Assembly (NCBI GenBank): GCA_008690995.1
Contig: VRMN01000003.1
Span: forward strand, 1,178,001-1,242,000
Origin: Porphyridium purpureum
Lineage: Eukaryota
Direction: 5' to 3'
DNA length: 64,000 nt
This document shows positions 50,864 to 61,625 of this stretch, one piece after another. The notes below the pieces were generated by a model, which was not told the origin of the DNA, searched no databases, and worked only from the letters and a program-made list of their open reading frames with translations. The translations under genes and the position numbers were made by a program. The stretch's first letter is position 1. Each line of letters starts with the position of its first letter.

Positions 50864-52711
50864 TCATGGATTCACATCGTCCTCGCCCAGGCTGTTGAGA
50901 ATGTCGTGCACGTCCTCCACGCCCGAGCTGTTGCCAAACGAGTTGCCAATCTGAGTCGACTGGATGCCCAGTGCCTGCTCAAAGTTGATGTTTGCGTACA
51001 TGTCGGCACTGTGGTTCATCGCGTGGCCGCCAGCTCGACTCGGTTGCAAAGAGCCGACAAGCGGCGTACTCTCCAGGCCAAGACCAAGGCCTTGAAGCGC
51101 TCCATTCGCCGGTGGTACACCACTCTTAGAGCCCCCAACGCCATAGCTCCGTTTCTCGGAGAAGATCTCGAGAAGCTGCTGTTCCTGCAACCACGCCGCA
51201 TTTTGCCGCGGGTCCTGCTGCGCAGTGTGTTTCTGCGGCTGCTGCTTGTTCGTCACTTTGCCGAAATCATCATGTCTTTCTTTCATGAAAGACGCAAAAG
51301 CTTCCTTCCGGTCAACATCCTGTGACGCCCGGTCCCCAGTACCGGCGGCGGTACCTCGACCACGAGCACTCTCAGAGGTTCTTCCCTGAGAGCCGGTCCT
51401 CGAGGAACCGCGTGCGCGACCGCCTCGGCTCCCACGCCCTCCATTGCCGCGAGATCCGCTCGCAATAGAGCTTGCGTCATGGCCTGGCACAGCGTCTGGA
51501 GTGCCGGCAGCAAATGCTTCAGCACTCGAGGCGTGGAAGCCATTGGACGTGCCAGACAAGCCATACGGATGTTGAGACACATTTCCACTGTTTCCGGGTC
51601 CAGCATTTCCAAAGCCGCCATGGTGCAGCTGCTGAGGCTGCTGCTGCTGCTGCGGACGATACGGATTACTTGCCGGCGCCGTCAGTTGTCCAGTGGCAAG
51701 GCTCTGGAATATGTCGTTCGTGTCATCCTCGGGAAGAAACTTACGCGATTCATCCACAGGAAATCCACCACGCGTCCCTGTACCGCCCACCAGATGCGGC
51801 GAAAACGCGTTACCGGGCCCACGGCCTGACATGGCCGGCGGGCGCTGCACCGTGTTGTTTAAGGTACGGCTGCCTTGCCCCACATCCATTATTGACTCCA
51901 TTCCGCCGCTCGCATGAATATGTGCTGCGTTCTGGCGAGAGCTTGGAGCCGGTTGTCCCCGCTGCTGTGTTACAGAAGCTTTCCGCTTCTGACCAGCCGA
52001 CATGGCTGAGGAAATGCTGACGTCCTCTGCGGGTGACTGCGCTTTGTCGTGACCCACGTAAAGCATGGCCGCATGTCCCTGCTCGAAGCGATCATTCGAT
52101 GGCGTCCGCGAATGCGTTGGTGAAACCTGTTTCCGCTGGTGACCAGGTGTCCCTGCCTGACCCGGATGCCCCGCGTGTTGTTGCTGCTGCTGCCAACCTT
52201 GTTGTGGCTTGTGCGGCGCCACTACCTGCTGGTGTTGTTGTGGACCCTGCTGCTGCAGCACACGCAACGGATCTGAATGTCCTTGGCCAGGCCCCTTCCC
52301 GACCGGTGCGCTTCCTTGGTCACTGAACGCGCGGGGAAGGCCGTGCGTTGCGAGATGAGCCTGCTTTGCTCCAACACCCTGGGCGCCCTTCTCGTTCAGA
52401 CTCATGACCGCGTTTGCCGGCGCCAGCTCGCGTAAGAAGCTGGCGCCGCCGGCATTGTTTGTCTCCACGCCCTCCGCGTTGAACTTGTCTGGATTTAGAC
52501 GCGCCGCGACGGTCGAATACGTTTCCCAAAACAACGCAAACCAGTCTAGTAAGAATCCGTCGCGCGTTCCTTGGATATCGCTCAGGTCCGTGTCGTCGCC
52601 ATGCTTGTGCATCTCTTCTTGCAACGCGCGCACCACGCCTTGCATGTCACTTCTCCGAAAGTAATCCAGCATGAGCTTGCGCAGCACTTTCTCCGCGTCC
52701 TGCCCCGCCAT
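50864..52711 (-). CDS. LisH/LUFS-domain, Gln-rich transcriptional co-regulator (SSDP/Flo8/LEUNIG-like)
   Basis: DAEKVLRKLMLDYF...ALQEE...DGFLLDWFALFWETY followed by a Q/G/P-rich disordered tail. Confidence 0.85.
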   Translation of the reverse strand: MAGQDAEKVLRKLMLDYFRRSDMQGVVRALQEEMHKHGDDTDLSDIQGTRDGFLLDWFALFWETYSTVAARLNPDKFNAEGVETNNAGGASFLRELAPANAVMSLNEKGAQGVGAKQAHLATHGLPRAFSDQGSAPVGKGPGQGHSDPLRVLQQQGPQQHQQVVAPHKPQQGWQQQQQHAGHPGQAGTPGHQRKQVSPTHSRTPSNDRFEQGHAAMLYVGHDKAQSPAEDVSISSAMSAGQKRKASVTQQRGQPAPSSRQNAAHIHASGGMESIMDVGQGSRTLNNTVQRPPAMSGRGPGNAFSPHLVGGTGTRGGFPVDESRKFLPEDDTNDIFQSLATGQLTAPASNPYRPQQQQQPQQLHHGGFGNAGPGNSGNVSQHPYGLSGTSNGFHASSAEAFAAGTPDAVPGHDASSIASGSRGNGGRGSRGGRARGSSRTGSQGRTSESARGRGTAAGTGDRASQDVDRKEAFASFMKERHDDFGKVTNKQQPQKHTAQQDPRQNAAWLQEQQLLEIFSEKRSYGVGGSKSGVPPANGALQGLGLGLESTPLVGSLQPSRAGGHAMNHSADMYANINFEQALGIQSTQIGNSFGNSSGVEDVHDILNSLGEDDVNP

Positions 52712-54753
52712 CGTACAGCCCTTCGAGGCGCTCGGCCTTCCCGACACGCGCGCCCCCTTCCTCTGGCTATGCGTCCTATCCCTGTATGCCTACTTTTCTC
52801 CCGACGTCTCGCCCGCTACTTCTGTTTGTTTCTGTTTATGCCTGTGTCGCGCGACTCGGTTGCTACGCACACATGATGTGTCCTCTCGGGCTCTTGCTCA
52901 TGTAGCCCACGACCACCGGGCGCATGCGGTATTTGCGCCCTCGGCAACGAATCTCCTCCCACGCCACCGCAATCGTCGCTCGCCTCCCCAACCCCCATAC
53001 CTTCCTCTACACCACCCCAGCTCCCAAACAATAAACCAGAAGAACCAAAGAGGAAACGCCACAACGCACAACCCCTACAGCAAACGCACGCCAAAATCCA
53101 GCCAAACCGTGTAAAACCGCGCCAACGCGTCCCGCCGCCTACGTACACGCACAATGAGCTGACAAACATGTAAACAAACACAGCCAAACACGCACGCGTG
53201 ACGCACGCCCGCTCTGACACTTGTGCAGCGACCAACACGGAAGAGGGCTGTACGTTGTTCGCAACGGGGACCAGTAAACGGATCCGTTTGGCGACGAGAA
53301 AGAAGTGGGGTCAGCGGAGAAGCGGACGTGGCACGACGGCAGAACGGGTAGTGATGAGGACGCGGCACATGTCTGGCCATGATGCAGCCACACAGACTCG
53401 GAATCGGTCCCGGCTTTCCGTGAACGAATGTGCCGCGAAGAAGCCCACGATCGAATCTATCTTTCGGCAGACACGCGCTCGAATTGGTCAGCACAGGCTG
53501 GTCCAAAGTCTCACACGCGAGTGCGATAGCATTTTTGAGCTCCAGTCCCGTCTTCTACGGTCTTGTACCCTCGTGAAACCTGCGTGCGACTCCCATTCAC
53601 ATGTTCCTAACGATGATAAAGTCTGGTGAGTCCGCTGGCGTGTGTAGAAGCTCGACGATCCCATCATTCATGATTTTCTTCAGCAGGCACCTGGTGTGCA
53701 TTAGTGTGTTGTCCTGCTAAAACGCAATGTTCGCGCCCAGCATTTGACGACAGCGGTCTAGTGCACGGACATCTTGAAGCATGGAACATGTTTTGCAGCC
53801 GTAAAGGTCCCCCCTCAATTAACTGAACCAGAAACGTCTCTCCCGCAGAAGTTGCATCCCCCACAGTGCATCCACCGCCGCAGAAATGTCGCGACCAGGC
53901 ATCTGAGATATACAGTGCACAAGCAGGTCAAACCGTGTGGATACCATTTATCCCATCTAAGCTAACCTTCACTTCGTCACTGAGCATTATTGAGGGCGAA
54001 TTCGCGTTTTTCAGCTGATGGCGTTTGGCCGAGGCGAACTGCTTTTCCTTGAGGTTTTTGGTTCAGTGGCGAAAGACCTGATATTTCGCCTTTGGCATGC
54101 GGCGTACTCGCTGTTATCCTGATTGCCATCAATCTATGGACTGGCTTTTCTCCTTCAACACAGAGAGCATATTGAATATGGCAAATCGTGCAAGCACGCG
54201 GAATTTAAGCAAAGTAACAAATCTTCGATTTTGACTGTCTCCGTCAGCTGCAAAATATTCCCAGTGGCTCCAGAGCCAGTTCTTACACGATTGGAGCAGA
54301 CAAACAGCGCAAAACCACTTTCATAGAGCGCTCAATTCAGGTCGCAATGGCTCTCGCGCTTTGACCGCCTTCCGATTGATCTGGACGCGTCTTTCCTCCT
54401 CATCTGAAGGGTCAGCACTGAAGCGCATGGTGTCTACATGGAATCCGGCACGAGCTGCGCTGGGTATGCTTCTCTTCGCTTTTTTTGAATCGTCACCGTT
54501 GGGAGAAGGCCGGTTACCCGCACTGACCTCCACCCGGTCTGTGACGCAAATCGATTGCAGGCCGGCGCGTACGAACCATGTCGCACCGTTTTCGTTAGTC
54601 CCAAGCCAAAATGTGGTATGAGCTATCCATCTTCTGAGAACCACAGACGGTCCCCTATCCGTTTTGGTCGCTCCGTGTGTTCAGTCTTTACAGTACAGTG
54701 CGCGGAGTCTGGTCCTTGACATCGGCTTTCAACACACGGAGGCGGCTGCACGG

Positions 54754-56400
54754 ATGTTATCTCGTGCGGGCAGGCAGCACGGAGCAGACGTGGAAGCCAT
54801 GACTGAGCCCGTGTTTCGTGGCATATTGCCGGTTTCCAAGAGAGAGCTGCCTGGGTTGCGCGCCCTGAATCATGCGCGGTCGCGCGTGCCGCCGCAGCTG
54901 CTGAATCCTGTGAGGCTTTGCTACTTGGTGGTGGGTATCTGTTTGGGCATAGCAGTCGGGAGGTGGACGAGTAAGCGCGTGTCGACCTCGCAGACGTCTG
55001 CGACAAATCCTTTTGCTGCGCTTCACACAGACGCATCCACCTCGCTGTACTATGATCTGCTGGAGCCAGGAGATGGCAGTCTGCTGGTCGAGAAGATCAA
55101 AGGACGGTTACGGCGACCCTCAGACGACCACGACTATGCAGAAGACTCGCGAAAAGGAAAGAACGTCTTGCAGGTGCACGAGCAGTCGTTTGTTGATGTT
55201 TCGGACGTGATCGACTATGAAAATTTCGATCCAGGGTTTGCGTCGACAGAGGAAAGGAGCGTTCCATCTCCGCCACAGGAAATTGTGGATGGTATCGCGT
55301 TTTTCATCCAACTTTCGGCAAAGAACATGGAGCAGCTTCCGCGACTACTGAGCGCACTATACCACGAGCACAACGCATTCGTAATCCATTTCGATCGGCG
55401 AGTCCCGCAAGCTGCGTATGAATTGGTGATCTTTGCGTCGTGTAAGATGCTTGAATCCAAGCTCAAGCCTGGGGAGAAGACAAGGAGAGAGTCCAAATGC
55501 GCTCTACCAAGTAATGTGTTATATTTGTCTCGAGACTACGTTACATGGGGCGGCGTAAGCATTGTTCTAAACGTGATCAGGGGCATGGAGTGGCTATTGA
55601 ATCATCGGGCGTTTATTGATGGCCCGAAAAAGATCATGTGGTCACATTTGATTTACCTGTCGGCGTCGGCGTATCCCCTGGTGTCGCCCACAGATATGCA
55701 CGCGCTTCTCCATCGGCCGGAAATGAAAACGACTTCGTTTGTTCACATGGAATCGCTTGAGTCCTACACTCGGAAAGGTGATACGAATGTGAGAGGACGG
55801 TTAGGCATGTTTCGGATGGACCCTGGGGTGTTTGGTATGCCCGTACCTCGAACGAAGGACTTGTGCGGGTCCAAGAGCGCAGGCGGATTTTCGGACGTGA
55901 CGCGGCTACCCACGGATCAATTCTACAAGGGTGAATTTTGGAGTGTTTTGTCAAGGAGCGCCGTAAGTACCATTGTGCATTCAACGGAAGCAAAAACCTG
56001 GCTCATCAGGCTGTCCACGTTTTTTGTGCCTGACGAGCTGTTCGTGCAGACTGTTATTTCGCAGCACCAGCACTTACTGGACAAAGCACGCGGCGATCCC
56101 TTGCTCTACCTGTGTTGGACCAGAGAAATGAAGGAGGATGGGAGTGTTCGTGTGAACGCGCATCCGAATGTGCTCACGAGAGACCATTCATTTGCCAAAC
56201 TGCGGGAATCTGGCGCGCTTCTGGCGAGAAAATTTGATGCACGTAGCGAGCATCTGATGGATCGCATTGAGAAGGAGCTCCACAACAATGAAGAATATCT
56301 TAAGCGGGTCGCGATGCGGATGAGCAGCGCCTGCCGACTCAAAGAGCAAGCGTGTCGTGAAACTCCGATAAATGGTTCCGACTGCGGTGTGGTAAAGTAG
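54754..56400 (+). CDS. GT14 (core-2/I-branching / xylosyltransferase-like) glycosyltransferase
   Basis: Type II TM, then RLLSALYHEHNAFVIHFD, VTWGGVSIV, LSASAYPL, KGEFWSVLSR, PDELFVQTV and LARKFD. Confidence 0.9.
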   Translation: MLSRAGRQHGADVEAMTEPVFRGILPVSKRELPGLRALNHARSRVPPQLLNPVRLCYLVVGICLGIAVGRWTSKRVSTSQTSATNPFAALHTDASTSLYYDLLEPGDGSLLVEKIKGRLRRPSDDHDYAEDSRKGKNVLQVHEQSFVDVSDVIDYENFDPGFASTEERSVPSPPQEIVDGIAFFIQLSAKNMEQLPRLLSALYHEHNAFVIHFDRRVPQAAYELVIFASCKMLESKLKPGEKTRRESKCALPSNVLYLSRDYVTWGGVSIVLNVIRGMEWLLNHRAFIDGPKKIMWSHLIYLSASAYPLVSPTDMHALLHRPEMKTTSFVHMESLESYTRKGDTNVRGRLGMFRMDPGVFGMPVPRTKDLCGSKSAGGFSDVTRLPTDQFYKGEFWSVLSRSAVSTIVHSTEAKTWLIRLSTFFVPDELFVQTVISQHQHLLDKARGDPLLYLCWTREMKEDGSVRVNAHPNVLTRDHSFAKLRESGALLARKFDARSEHLMDRIEKELHNNEEYLKRVAMRMSSACRLKEQACRETPINGSDCGVVK

Positions 56401-56838
56401 ACGATCGAGCGCTTTCATCTTACCCGGTAGGGCCGAAATTAAGTTTAATCGCTGTCCGAGCCCAATGTGATGGGCGCATCTCTGAGATTGTGCTAGGAAA
56501 TGCAAGATGTGCATGGTCTTTTGCGAATAGCTGTGCCAAGGCAAGAGTCTTGGAAGTGTGAGTCTCGAATGCGAGAAGAGCCCTCGCGAGTGATACGAAG
56601 CGGGTTTATTGGAACACCCAGCAAGATATTTTGCACGAATCCCTCGGCGGTTGTATCGAGAATATGCATTCGTTTTGCGTGACTGCGCTTCCCCAGTCTT
56701 GTCGTTCACGACGAAAGGAAGGCACCTCATGCTGTCGAATCCTACAAAAAATGAATTTTTCCCCAATGGGCGCGGGTACCCGGATCCTTGCCGCAGTTTA
56801 ATCAAAAATGGCGTTCCCAGTCCCCCGCTTTAAAGTAC

Positions 56839-58320
56839 CTACAATTCGTCCTTTGCTGCTGTTTCGGCGGCGCCTTTCTGAGAATCGTGAGTCCTCATTT
56901 CCTGCCAAGGCTTTTCTTTAAGCGGAATTCCCTCCGAGTCCACGGTCGGCGGGTACGCTTCAAAGTACGTTTCGTAGAACTGCTTCTTCTTGGACGTTTC
57001 TTCCGCAAGGTATTTCGCCTCGCTGTCAGACCGTCCCACGTACAAGTTATCGAACCAGATGTTATAATCGCTTACAAGCACATCAAGAGCGACCCCAGCC
57101 ACCGGCAGCATAACGCTTTGAACGCTATCAATCTCATAATACGTCGGGTTGGGAATTTTGCGCGGCTGCCACTCACCCTTAAAGTCTGGATTCGGGATCA
57201 TTCGCGGTTTCCATTTACCCCTAAAATTCGGATTCGGTATCTGCGGTTGATGCCACGTTCCGCACTTGCCCGTCAAACACAGCGGGTTCGTGATCCACGA
57301 TTCCTGCCAAGGTCCATCCTCCTCATCGTCCCAAAAGTCCGGCTTCCGAACATTCGGGTCTTTCATGAACGCATTCTCTTCTTCGAGCCAGTCGTCGGGC
57401 TTCTGCACGCTTGTATCGGGGATCCACGGTTCTTGGGTTTCGTCCCAATCGTCCGGCTGTCGATCGTCTAGATCCACAATTTCACGCTCATCCACCCAGT
57501 CCGATGGCTTTGAGTCTGCAGGATCGTCCACCATCTTTCGCGGCTGGAACGGCGGCTCAAAATCATTGTCGAGACTATACACGTATTCCTTGTCATTCAC
57601 GGCCACGACGGCCTCCCCACGTTCGAAGAATAGACTCAACCGATACAGGTTCGTTGCCTTGTAGACGTGGTTGTGCGGCTCCGGCGCGTTTTGCAGCACA
57701 TGCTCCTCGTACTCACCTGAGACGGGATTCTTGGTCGTAATAATCACGAGCACGCGGGACTTTTCATTGCAACGATCGGGACCAAACACAATGCTTGACG
57801 GCGAAGTGTCTTTAAAATCCTGTACGCTGTTCAACGGTGCTGCCAGCAGCTTCCAGAAAAGCCCCGAGCATGTCCAGAACGCCTTGCAGCGCACATCGAA
57901 CTGGATGGTGAATCCGTCTGGGATGGTATCAATGTCCAGCTTCCGCGCGACCTTGTAGTGTTGCCTCTGTCTTTTTCGAAAGCCGATGCCCTTATCAACG
58001 CGGTACCATAGGGGATCAATCGAGCCTATCTCTGGCGCGCCGTCCGCGCCACGTCCGCGCGCGTACATCCAGCTCGTCGCTTCCGTATCACCTGGCTTCA
58101 CTTGGAAGAACGAGGTCTTATACTGCTGAAAGTCCTCCCACAAGTACGCATGCGCCGGTGGCTCCACGACCGGCATGGTGTAAAACGGCACGGCGCCATT
58201 CTCCGGCTTCTTAGACAGATCCCATCGGCCGGCGGCGCAGAATCCGCACGCGCTCGCGACGGCCGCGATCCGCAGCACGCATTGCCACGCACGTGCCCTG
58301 CTCATCGGCGCAACAAGCAT
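56839..58320 (-). CDS. Calnexin/calreticulin-family ER protein, soluble, with KDEL
   Basis: Signal-peptide-like N-terminus, FGPDRC, four KPxDW-type repeats, four GxWxxxxIxNP repeats and C-terminal KDEL. Confidence 0.93.
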   Translation of the reverse strand: MLVAPMSRARAWQCVLRIAAVASACGFCAAGRWDLSKKPENGAVPFYTMPVVEPPAHAYLWEDFQQYKTSFFQVKPGDTEATSWMYARGRGADGAPEIGSIDPLWYRVDKGIGFRKRQRQHYKVARKLDIDTIPDGFTIQFDVRCKAFWTCSGLFWKLLAAPLNSVQDFKDTSPSSIVFGPDRCNEKSRVLVIITTKNPVSGEYEEHVLQNAPEPHNHVYKATNLYRLSLFFERGEAVVAVNDKEYVYSLDNDFEPPFQPRKMVDDPADSKPSDWVDEREIVDLDDRQPDDWDETQEPWIPDTSVQKPDDWLEEENAFMKDPNVRKPDFWDDEEDGPWQESWITNPLCLTGKCGTWHQPQIPNPNFRGKWKPRMIPNPDFKGEWQPRKIPNPTYYEIDSVQSVMLPVAGVALDVLVSDYNIWFDNLYVGRSDSEAKYLAEETSKKKQFYETYFEAYPPTVDSEGIPLKEKPWQEMRTHDSQKGAAETAAKDEL

Positions 58321-58866
58321 GTTGAGGCCTCTCCCTATATCCGCATCCACTTTCCCCACCGAGCGAACCAAGTCAACCAACCCGACTTCCGACCAGTCTA
58401 CTCTTCCACCTCGTGCACGCAACGCCCGTGCGCATCACGCAGTGCCGCAGCGCGTGTTGATTGAAAACGCCCGCTCCCGATTCCTCTCTGCTGCATTGAT
58501 AGGGAGAACCGTCCTCAGTCTAAACTGCGTTGCTTTTATACGAAGAGCGCAGGCTCCGAGGAAAAGCCGCAGGTACAGTTTCACTGTACTACCTCGTCGC
58601 CATCGAGCACTGGCAGGAAGTCATGGCGCGTATATGGGCAACATGAACGGCAGTGAAACGCCACACCGCCGCATCTGTCTCATGCCGTGTGCCGCACGTG
58701 GTGTCTGCATGCACCGGCAAGTGCCCCGAACATCAGCGATGCATGCCTCTTCTACATGGGGGAAGAAGCCTTATACCTTGTGCCTTGTCCCAAAAAAAGA
58801 AAGCTCGAAAAAGGTGATCAGAAAATCGCTCGAGGCTAGAATCTCCACATGTGGGAACTTGGACGG

Positions 58867-59451
58867 TCATAGCGCCCCAAGTTTGAGCTGCTTCAGTGAG
58901 ATTTCGATCAGTCGACGCAGAGCGGTGATCCAAGCCGAGTTGCCATCCCAGTGGTGCGACATAAGCGTCTTGAGGTCCGTCTGGGTCGCCTCAAAGTCGC
59001 GCGCGGCACATGAGTGCACGACGTTGAGTGTGCATTGCAACGCTTCGTCTACTAGGAAAGAAAAATCCACGCACACGAGCTTGACGAGCTTCTTCTCAAT
59101 GTCAGTGCCCATCTTCTTCTCTGTGCTTGTTAAACGGGACGCACACACGCTTGACGAGTGAAACACTTGTCGCCAAGCAGTCCAAGTCTCGTTCACCAGT
59201 TGCCTATGCTCCTCGAAACGCTCACCAGGCTCCTGCGCAGGAAGCCAAACCTCTGCTGCCTCGCGCAGACCCGCTACCCGATGAGGTGAGTCCACGCAGC
59301 CGCCGCTCTCCCTGCGCTTCGCGGCAACAATGCCCGCCACCTCGGCAGACTCCGGGAGACGATGGCGGGTGGCTGCGCCCACCGCGCCTTTATACCGAAG
59401 AGCCGTCACGTCGGGGACGACGCCGTCCTCCGGGACCTGAGGCGGCTCCAT
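58867..59451 (-). CDS. Hypothetical protein
   Basis: 194-aa ORF from ATG 59451 with a helical C-terminal half; no family recognised. Confidence 0.55.
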   Translation of the reverse strand: MEPPQVPEDGVVPDVTALRYKGAVGAATRHRLPESAEVAGIVAAKRRESGGCVDSPHRVAGLREAAEVWLPAQEPGERFEEHRQLVNETWTAWRQVFHSSSVCASRLTSTEKKMGTDIEKKLVKLVCVDFSFLVDEALQCTLNVVHSCAARDFEATQTDLKTLMSHHWDGNSAWITALRRLIEISLKQLKLGAL

Positions 59452-59803
59452 CACCCACTGGCCCTTCCCCACATTGGACGAATTCTGTGGTGCAGAAAGG
59501 GATACTTTCAAGAATGTCAAAAACTTAAATGAGCTTGGCCAGCTGCGTTGGGTTCGCGAAGCGAACACTTGCAAGGCGGCTGCAAGGGAGAGACCAAGTC
59601 GAGCTGCATCAGACGCCAGCGCTCGTCCCTCACACTCGAAGGGCTAGTCGACTTCCGTTACTTACTCTGCTTTAAGAAGGCAATACATGTGGAGAGTCGT
59701 ATCGAAAGTGGTGGGTAGAGACGAGCGTGCTTGGCGACAGCGCTTACTTCGTCGTCGCCCCAAAATGACTATCCAGTGCATAAATAATGAATACTTAATG
59801 CCT

Positions 59804-60670
59804 TCATTCTTGCGGTACGACCTGATCCAGGTTCATCGCGTCGTCCTCGTCGTTTGAGACAAAGCTCATCATGCTGGGTCTCTTGTACTGGAATCCATGC
59901 ATGAAGTCGCCAAATCCAGACATTTGAGTCTGCTTGAGGGGCAATGACATCACATCTGGTTCCCTCGACGAGACCTTGCTCGAAACCCCGCTTTCCTGCG
60001 AGAGCACCTGCGAGGCCTCCTTCCTCGCCGTCACGCCTCGCTTCAGCTGCTGTTGTTCCTCAAGCACGAGGCCAGCCGTCAGCAGAAGAGAAAAGTGTTC
60101 TTTGATCAACGTCTCGTCCCTCGGTTCCGGCACACGTGCAGGCTTGCTTGCGTCCCTGTCGCTGTATGGTTCTGTATAACCAGGCACCACTTGTTCCGCG
60201 CCAGAAGCACATTCACGAGTAACGGGCGCCCTCTTCATGCTGGGTACCGGAGAAGAGCCAGAACTCGCGCGCTTACGCGGACGCGGCGGCGGGACCTGCG
60301 GTCTTTCCTCAGGAACGCTGTTGCGCTCAAGACGCAGAAAGAATTTTTGCGCGTGGCTGCGAATCTGCACCGCGCTCTTGGTCCCGACCTCGTTTTCAAT
60401 GGCCTTCCACTCACGGCCGTGCTTTTGCAGCGCGGCGACAAAGCGCGCATGTTCGGCGTCGCTCCAATACTCTCGCTTCTTTGTCAAAACATAAGGCTTT
60501 CGCACACGCCCCGCCGCCGAACCGGCGCACGAAGCCGTAGAAAACGACCTCCCTGCGGCGGTTGTGGCGGCGGCTCCATTCGGCGCCCGCTCCTTCTTGC
60601 TCGGGCCACGACCCGATCGCTGCGTCACCTGGACGGCCTCCACCTTCACAGGCACTTGCATGTCACTCAT
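59804..60670 (-). CDS. Single-MYB SHAQKYF-class transcription factor, REVEILLE/CCA1/LHY-like
   Basis: [23 protein letters not shown]...GREWKAIE...[17 protein letters not shown]...VPPPRPRKR. Confidence 0.93.
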   Translation of the reverse strand: MSDMQVPVKVEAVQVTQRSGRGPSKKERAPNGAAATTAAGRSFSTASCAGSAAGRVRKPYVLTKKREYWSDAEHARFVAALQKHGREWKAIENEVGTKSAVQIRSHAQKFFLRLERNSVPEERPQVPPPRPRKRASSGSSPVPSMKRAPVTRECASGAEQVVPGYTEPYSDRDASKPARVPEPRDETLIKEHFSLLLTAGLVLEEQQQLKRGVTARKEASQVLSQESGVSSKVSSREPDVMSLPLKQTQMSGFGDFMHGFQYKRPSMMSFVSNDEDDAMNLDQVVPQE

Positions 60671-61110
60671 CGCGCCTACAGCTTCCGACCCTTCTCCTCT
60701 ATCACTTGTGAGCGACTAGCAACCTCCTCCCTCGCGGCAAGTGGTATCTCGCACTTTGGGGGCTGTTATATACGTGCTCGTTGTCGCCGGATGGCGCAGG
60801 TGGGTGCGTCGATATCTCAGCCAGGAAATCTGCACCTAGAACGTATCTGTTTTACTAAGCGCGCCGCCTGAGCGGCAGGGTCAGCACACACGCGCGACGT
60901 TTGTGGCCTCAAAACGTGCGCGCCGCTTCAGTTCCTACCAGTCACCTCCGTCTCACCACAAAGCCACCATGCATTTAACTGTACTCGAGATCGCCGCGCG
61001 CACTGTACCGTCGCCTTGCGCGGCGGCGCGGCACAGAACCGTTACGCATTAGGGGGTCTTTTTCGAAGCAACAACCCTTCGAGAGTCGTTTGTCTGGCTG
61101 GGCAGCGAGC

Positions 61111-61153
61111 TGGGTGGATGGTTGGATGGATGGGTGGGTGCGTGGGTGCGTGG
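61111..61153. repeat. Imperfect (TGGA/TGGG)n tetranucleotide repeat
   Basis: tgggtggatggttggatggatgggtgggtgcgtgggtgcgtgg upstream of the MYB gene. Confidence 0.7.
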
Positions 61154-61625
61154 CGCTCTGGCCAGCGACAGGTAATGCCGCAGCACTTGGCGAGATGGCT
61201 CCTGATTGACTTTGCGTTGCAAACTCGGACTGCGCCACCTGATTCTTAGTCGCAAACCGAAACATCTGGCGCTGATGCGGAGGGAAGGTCAGGCAACACA
61301 CGCCCGAATTTCTTGCATGGTTTGCACGGGTCCTGGCAAGGAATGCTTTCAACCGCGTTTCAATCAGCTCGATAATTGCTTGACAAGTCCTGCGACTTTG
61401 TGTGGTCGGCGCGAGAATCGAAGGAGTGCCGTGAGCAGTGGTTCTCTGTTCCGCACGGACACCCACTGCGGTTGCCTCCCCTATTCGCACAAGCGACGCC
61501 TTTCGTAGGACGCAGAAGAGGACAAACCCTGACTTTTAAACTTCACAGAAAAGCTACCCGCGCAACATCCTTTCAAACGCGTGGCGTGCGACCCCTACAT
61601 CTGTAACAAAAAGATAAACTTCAAC

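Noticed and set aside
52760..54700. Short ORFs in the LUFS/GT14 divergent gap
   Set aside because: No recognisable domains or coding-like pattern; more likely leader and promoter sequence.
56624..56632. Evening-element match (AGATATTTT, reverse complement of AAAATATCT)
   Set aside because: A single 9-mer located between two convergent 3' ends, not in a promoter.
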